A stretch of 20,000 nt of DNA from the sequence record SRR31156797_2598; one strand, written 5' to 3'. Below the pieces are notes generated by a model. The model made no database searches. It saw nothing but the letters and a program-made list of their open reading frames with translations, and had not been told where the DNA came from. The position numbers were made by a program, and so were the translations under genes. Of the stretch, positions 17,433 through 20,000 are shown in pieces. Each line of letters opens with the position of its first letter. Position 1 is the stretch's first letter.

Positions 17433-17448
17433 TGGCACTGTGTTTGCA
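17433..17448 (+). promoter_or_regulatory. Sigma54 (-24/-12) promoter of the porin-CoA transferase unit
   Basis: TGGCACTGTGTTTGCA matches the consensus TGGCAC-N5-TTGCW and ends 41 bp before the porin ATG. Confidence 0.93.
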
Positions 17449-17489
17449 ATAGAAATAAATGATCGCTTGTAACAAATTTGGAGGTACAT

Positions 17490-18794
17490 ATGATTTACAA
17501 ACATCACGATTCTGTTGCTAAGAACACAGACAACTTAACACAGAAATGGTTCGGCTTTTTTCTTGCAGTATTGATAGGTGGATTGTTTTTAATTGCTAAT
17601 CCTGTAGAGACTTTTGCTGCAACAAATCTTAAAGAAATGTTTAAAGAAGGAACATTGTCTGGAGAGATCAGGTACAGGAACTTTACTAGAAACTATGACG
17701 AATCGTCAAGAGACAGGAACGACAATGCTCTTGGTACTTTATTTAAATATACTTCTGGTGAGCTTTACGGAGTCAGCCTAGGGATAAGTTATCTGAGTAC
17801 ATCAGATATCAACAGTAACGATGATAAAAACGTTTATGGTCTTGTGAAAAATGATAACGGAGATCACGAAAGTTATACTAAACTGGGTGAATATTATGTG
17901 AAAGGTTCATGGTTTAACACCGATATTATTGCAGGTTCACATGAAATATTTACTCCGTTCCTTAACAAATGGGATTTTCGTATGCACCCGAAACTTTATA
18001 AAGGCGTGTCTGTTATCAACAAAAGTATAAATGGTCTTGAAGTTCAAGGTCACTATATTTCTCAGATACTTCAATATAATAACGACGAGTATCAGAGCAT
18101 TTCAAGTGGGTACAGTGCGTCTATTGATGAAAAAAAACCACTCGCAATTCTTGGCGCTAAATACACTCTGCCAGAAAGTATTGTAAATAAAGTTACTCTT
18201 CAGGGGTGGACATATAGGATGCCTGATGTCTACAGTTTTAACTATCTAACTGCTAGCTCTAAAACAAAGCTTACAGATAACTATACTCTGAACCTTCGTG
18301 GAGATTACATTATACAAAATGATATTGGTGATGCACTTGCTGGCGAAAAAGATACATACCAGTATGGCTCAAAAGCAGGAATTGCAGCTTATGGCCTTAG
18401 TCTTGACTTCGCATTTTCAGTAACTGGCGACGATTCTCTTTCAGTACCTTTCGGCGATACTCTTATTGTTTCACAGGCTCCAGGAGCAGCTTTAAGAGCA
18501 GAAGAGAAAGGCTACATGGTAAGACTGATGTATCATTTTGATACTATTGGTATTAAAGGTCTATGGGGTTACATAGATCATGCTTACTATGATACGCCAG
18601 AGTCCGGTACAAATGCTTCTTATGATATTCGTGAAACTGATTTCGATCTCTTTTATGACTTTAGTGGTCCTCTCGAAGGTCTTGGTATACGTTTTCGATT
18701 TGCACATGTGGATGCTGATGAAGATATGGGTGGCGTAGACTGTAACGATATAAGATACTATGCAACTTATAAATTTAAATTTTCAGGATTATAA
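17490..18794 (+). CDS. Outer membrane porin, OprD/Occ-like family
   Basis: Signal peptide ending TFA-A, mature N-terminus TNLKEMFKEGTLSGEIRYRNF, alternating aromatic beta-strands, LGEYYVKG, and C-terminal ETDFDLFYDFSGPLEGLGIRFR...RYYATYKF. Start set at ATG 17490, after GGAGGT at 17480. Confidence 0.8.
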   Translation: MIYKHHDSVAKNTDNLTQKWFGFFLAVLIGGLFLIANPVETFAATNLKEMFKEGTLSGEIRYRNFTRNYDESSRDRNDNALGTLFKYTSGELYGVSLGISYLSTSDINSNDDKNVYGLVKNDNGDHESYTKLGEYYVKGSWFNTDIIAGSHEIFTPFLNKWDFRMHPKLYKGVSVINKSINGLEVQGHYISQILQYNNDEYQSISSGYSASIDEKKPLAILGAKYTLPESIVNKVTLQGWTYRMPDVYSFNYLTASSKTKLTDNYTLNLRGDYIIQNDIGDALAGEKDTYQYGSKAGIAAYGLSLDFAFSVTGDDSLSVPFGDTLIVSQAPGAALRAEEKGYMVRLMYHFDTIGIKGLWGYIDHAYYDTPESGTNASYDIRETDFDLFYDFSGPLEGLGIRFRFAHVDADEDMGGVDCNDIRYYATYKFKFSGL

Positions 18795-18810
18795 GAAGCA
18801 GGAGTAATAG

Positions 18811-19854
18811 ATGTTATCAGGAGTTACAGTAATAGACCTTACACGGTACTTACCTGGACCATATGGAACACTTAGGTTGGCTGACTTAGGGGCAAAAGTG
18901 ATAAAAATAGAGCCACCTGAGGGTGACCCTGCTCAAAATATGCTTGTTGTTGACGATAAGGGTGTAAAAAGCAGCTGTTTGTACACCTCGCAGAATAGAG
19001 ATAAACAGTCAATAAGGTTAAATCTTAAGGATAACAATGATCGAGCTTTGATTCTAAAAATGATAGAAACTGCAGATGTTTTTATTGAAGGTTTTAGACC
19101 TGGTGTGGTGACTAGGCTTGGCCTGAACTATGATACATTAGCAGAAATTAACCCTGATCTTATTTATTGTTCTTTATCTGGGTACGGGCAAAATTCCAGC
19201 ATTGCCCATCTCGGGGGACACGATATTAACTTTGTCGCACTGAGTGGCTTGTATTCCATGCTTACTGAAAAAGACGGCTCACCGATAACAACAGAATTCC
19301 CTTTTGCTGATATCATGGGCGGTTTTGCGTTATCCGAATCTGTTTTAGCAGGTCTTGTTCAACGAAGTATAAAGAGAAAAGGGGGCTATATTGACTTGTC
19401 AATCACAGACAGTATGGTATCTATAATGGGACTTTTCCTTATGCGGGAATGTCTTACAGATAAGCAAGATAAATATATTCCAGTAGTATCCTATAATATA
19501 TATGCAACAAAAGACCGTAGGTTTGTCTCTATTGGTGCTATAGAAAGAAAGTTTTGGGATAACTTCTGTATGGAGACAGGGCATCAGGAGTGGATACAGT
19601 ATCAACGCACTCCATCTACTTCTGAGAACCCTGTTTTTAATGCGATAGTTGGGCTTTTTGCTTCTAAAACATTCAAAGAATGGGAATTGTTTGCTAAAAA
19701 AGTCGATTGTTGCATGATGCCTGTCTATACTCCAATAGAGATGTCTGAAAACGAGTATGTTCAGTCAAGGGGACTTATAAAGAATGAATCAAATAAGAAG
19801 CATGTTTTGTCACAATACAAAACACCTGTAGGTTCTAATAACTTTTGTATTTAA
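18811..19854 (+). CDS. CaiB/BaiF class III CoA-transferase-fold protein, alpha-methylacyl-CoA racemase-like subgroup
   Basis: DLTRYLPGPY...LADLGAKVIKIEPP.GD, EGFRPGV..RLGL, SGYGQ, GHDINF and FADIMGG. RBS CAGGAG. Confidence 0.85.
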   Translation: MLSGVTVIDLTRYLPGPYGTLRLADLGAKVIKIEPPEGDPAQNMLVVDDKGVKSSCLYTSQNRDKQSIRLNLKDNNDRALILKMIETADVFIEGFRPGVVTRLGLNYDTLAEINPDLIYCSLSGYGQNSSIAHLGGHDINFVALSGLYSMLTEKDGSPITTEFPFADIMGGFALSESVLAGLVQRSIKRKGGYIDLSITDSMVSIMGLFLMRECLTDKQDKYIPVVSYNIYATKDRRFVSIGAIERKFWDNFCMETGHQEWIQYQRTPSTSENPVFNAIVGLFASKTFKEWELFAKKVDCCMMPVYTPIEMSENEYVQSRGLIKNESNKKHVLSQYKTPVGSNNFCI

Positions 19855-19884
19855 CAAACAGTATTATTAGTACTAATTCTTGTT

Positions 19885-19920
19885 ATGCCGTGTGGTTCTA
19901 TCGGACTGCACGGCATTTTC
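19885..19920 (+). terminator. Putative intrinsic terminator
   Basis: 14-bp stem ATGCCGTGTGGTTC-tatc-GGACTGCACGGCAT with three G-U pairs that form only on the + strand, followed by a short T run. Confidence 0.7.
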
Positions 19921-20000
19921 AATATGAATTATATTTTGTCTTTATGTAAATTAATTTGTAGTGATAGATTGACGTCCTCCCATTAAATCAGACAGAAGCT

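Noticed and set aside
17262-17462. 66-aa ORF between fixX and the porin
   Set aside because: It follows a strong terminator, has no RBS or recognisable motif, and overlaps the enhancer and -24/-12 promoter.
17478-17489. TTG start for the porin
   Set aside because: It overlaps the GGAGGT RBS that serves ATG 17490.
19969-20000. TTGACG as a sigma70 -35 element
   Set aside because: No convincing -10 at the proper spacing, and the downstream context lies outside the window.
1-20000. CRISPR arrays, tRNA/rRNA, IS elements, integrase or att sites
   Set aside because: I saw no spaced repeats, RNA gene signatures, transposase/integrase ORFs or terminal repeats. The island inference rests only on composition and junction features.

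Overview
Bacterial (diderm, probably anaerobic) window with three blocks. (1) 1-3163, + strand: end of a redox operon with a partial DUF6599-like protein, a Tat-exported DUF362 Fe-S protein, and a NapH-like/NapG-like polyferredoxin pair. (2) 3168-5220, - strand: two exported alpha/beta hydrolases with a tandem AraC-type operator upstream. (3) 5509-19920, visibly more AT-rich: an AcoR-like GAF-PAS-AAA+-HTH sigma54 activator plus a metallo-beta-lactamase-fold hydrolase, divergent from an MFS-caiA-caiB-acyl-CoA ligase-fixABCX operon. A second unit follows, encoding an OprD-family porin and an AMACR-like class III CoA-transferase-fold protein. Both + strand units have clear -24/-12 sigma54 promoters and share an inverted 49-bp enhancer at almost the same distance, so they look like one regulon. 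The cluster resembles enteric cai/fix but lacks caiT, caiD, caiE and caiF in this window. This points to a possibly undescribed CoA-dependent, ETF/quinone-linked pathway for an organic acid other than carnitine. All family calls come from motif recognition by eye; no database search was run.
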